NCBI GenBank assembly: GCA_046045965.1
Contig: JBJOKS010000001.1
Location: forward strand, 64,001-128,000
Reading direction: 5' to 3'
Length of the DNA: 64,000 bases
Origin: Cyanobacteriota bacterium
GTDB taxonomy: Bacteria > Cyanobacteriota > Cyanobacteriia > Cyanobacteriales > Nostocaceae
Made by a program: the position numbers and the translations under genes
Notes under the pieces: model-generated
The model's database searches: none
Told to the model about the DNA's origin: nothing
The model's input: the letters and a program-made list of their open reading frames with translations, nothing else
Part shown: positions 62,704 through 64,000 of the stretch, in pieces
Position numbering within the stretch: the first letter of the stretch is position 1
Layout: each line of letters begins with the position of its first letter

Positions 62704-64000
62704 TTACTTACCCAACATTTTATCCCTTAAATGCTTAATCCTATCCCGTAACTTTGCAGCTTCTTCAAACTCCATCTTTTTCGCTGCTTCCTTCATCTGT
62801 TTTTCCAACACAGTAATTAACTCAGGAATATCCTCCAAAGCAAACTCATCAATATGTTCATCAACCACCTTTAAATCACTAGCATTCAACCTGCGAGAAA
62901 CATCCAAAAATGATAAAATTGCATTACTTGATTTTTTCACAATCGGTTGCGGAGTAATCCCGTGCATTTTATTATAAGCCATTTGAATACCCCTTCTTCG
63001 ATCAGTTTCCTCAATAGCTTTAATCATGCTATCTGTTAATTTATCAGCATACATTATCGCTTTCCCGTTAATATGACGCGCAGCACGGCCAATAGTTTGA
63101 ATTAACGAACGTTCCGCACGTAAGAAACCTTCCTTATCTGCATCCATGATAGCAACTAAAGAAACTTCCGGTAAATCCAAACCTTCTCGCAATAAATTTA
63201 CACCCACCAAAACATCAAATTTACCAATTCTTAAATCTTGTAGAATTTCAATTCTCTGAATAGAATTAATCTCAGAATGCAAATATCTAACTTTAATTCC
63301 CCTCTCTTCCAAATATTCAGTTAAATCTTCCGCCATGCGTTTAGTTAAGGTGGTAATTAACACCCGTTCTTTAAGTTCAACTCTATCTTTAATTTCTCCT
63401 AATAAATCATCAACTTGTCCATCTGTGGGACGCACAAATATTTCTGGATCAATAACTCCAGTTGGTCTAATTACCTGTTCTACTATATTATCTTCTGAAA
63501 TTTCAATTTCCCAATTTCCCGGAGTAGCAGAAACGAAAATACATTGATTAACTTTTTGCCAAAATTCTTCAGCTTTTAAAGGACGATTATCAGCAGCACT
63601 AGGAAGACGAAAACCATGATCAATTAAAACTTTCTTCCGTGCTTGATCACCATTGTACATTCCGCGAATTTGGGGAACAGTAACGTGAGATTCATCAATT
63701 ACTAATAACCAATCTTTAGGAAAATAATCAATTAAACATTCTGGTGGTTCTCCTGCTTGTCTACCTGCTAAATGACGAGAATAATTTTCTACACCGTTAC
63801 AATATCCCACTTCTCTTAACATTTCAATATCATAACGAGTGCGTTGATCTATTCTTTGTGCTTCTACTAATTTTCCTAATTCTTCTAAGTTTAATTTCTG
63901 TGCTTTTAATTCAGCGGCGATATCTGCACAAGCAATTTCTAACCTTTCTTCTGGGGTGACAAAGTGACGCGCAGGATAGATATTGACTGTTTCTAAACTG
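62704..64000 (-). CDS. uvrB: Excinuclease ABC subunit B, C-terminal part (5' end outside the window)
   Basis: [31 protein letters not shown] and a C-terminal UVR domain. Confidence 0.96.
   Translation of the reverse strand, partial: SLETVNIYPARHFVTPEERLEIACADIAAELKAQKLNLEELGKLVEAQRIDQRTRYDIEMLREVGYCNGVENYSRHLAGRQAGEPPECLIDYFPKDWLLVIDESHVTVPQIRGMYNGDQARKKVLIDHGFRLPSAADNRPLKAEEFWQKVNQCIFVSATPGNWEIEISEDNIVEQVIRPTGVIDPEIFVRPTDGQVDDLLGEIKDRVELKERVLITTLTKRMAEDLTEYLEERGIKVRYLHSEINSIQRIEILQDLRIGKFDVLVGVNLLREGLDLPEVSLVAIMDADKEGFLRAERSLIQTIGRAARHINGKAIMYADKLTDSMIKAIEETDRRRGIQMAYNKMHGITPQPIVKKSSNAILSFLDVSRRLNASDLKVVDEHIDEFALEDIPELITVLEKQMKEAAKKMEFEEAAKLRDRIKHLRDKMLGK

Overview
AT-rich chromosomal window from a heterocyst-forming cyanobacterium (Nostocales), judged from HIP1 GCGATCGC octamers, STRR heptamer repeats and an xisA-interrupted nifD. 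It holds the main Mo-nitrogenase cluster on the minus strand (nifB-fdxN-nifS-nifU-nifH-nifD-nifK-orf-nifE-nifN-nifX-orf-orf-nifW-hesA-hesB-fdxH-feoA) with hupW nearby. A divergent nifP(cysE)-nifV-nifZ-nifT cluster lies on the plus strand. nifD is split after nt 1356 by a 7868-bp xisA excision element with only a 7-bp perfect direct repeat. Its cargo includes secreted proteins, a double glutaredoxin-like protein, an orphan SMI1/KNR4 gene and toxin-antitoxin relics. The best novelty candidate lies between the mirror-image nifB and nifP promoters: an operon of three short, lid-less Hsp70 paralogs, a long GrpE-like protein and a membrane pseudokinase, with no J-domain gene. It is head-to-head with a secreted COP23 / trypsin protease / TPR / trypsin protease / secreted-protein operon. 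Other signals: a 21-nt element inserted in a HIP1 site that truncates a DUF29 gene; a kinase-FGE/CLec gene whose 3' end has the codon signature of a DGR variable region; a Septu-like PtuAB pair; a duplicated uvrB 3' end flanking a Uma2 gene; and an uncalled 39-aa membrane peptide upstream of nifV. All family calls come from motif recognition by eye; no searches were run.
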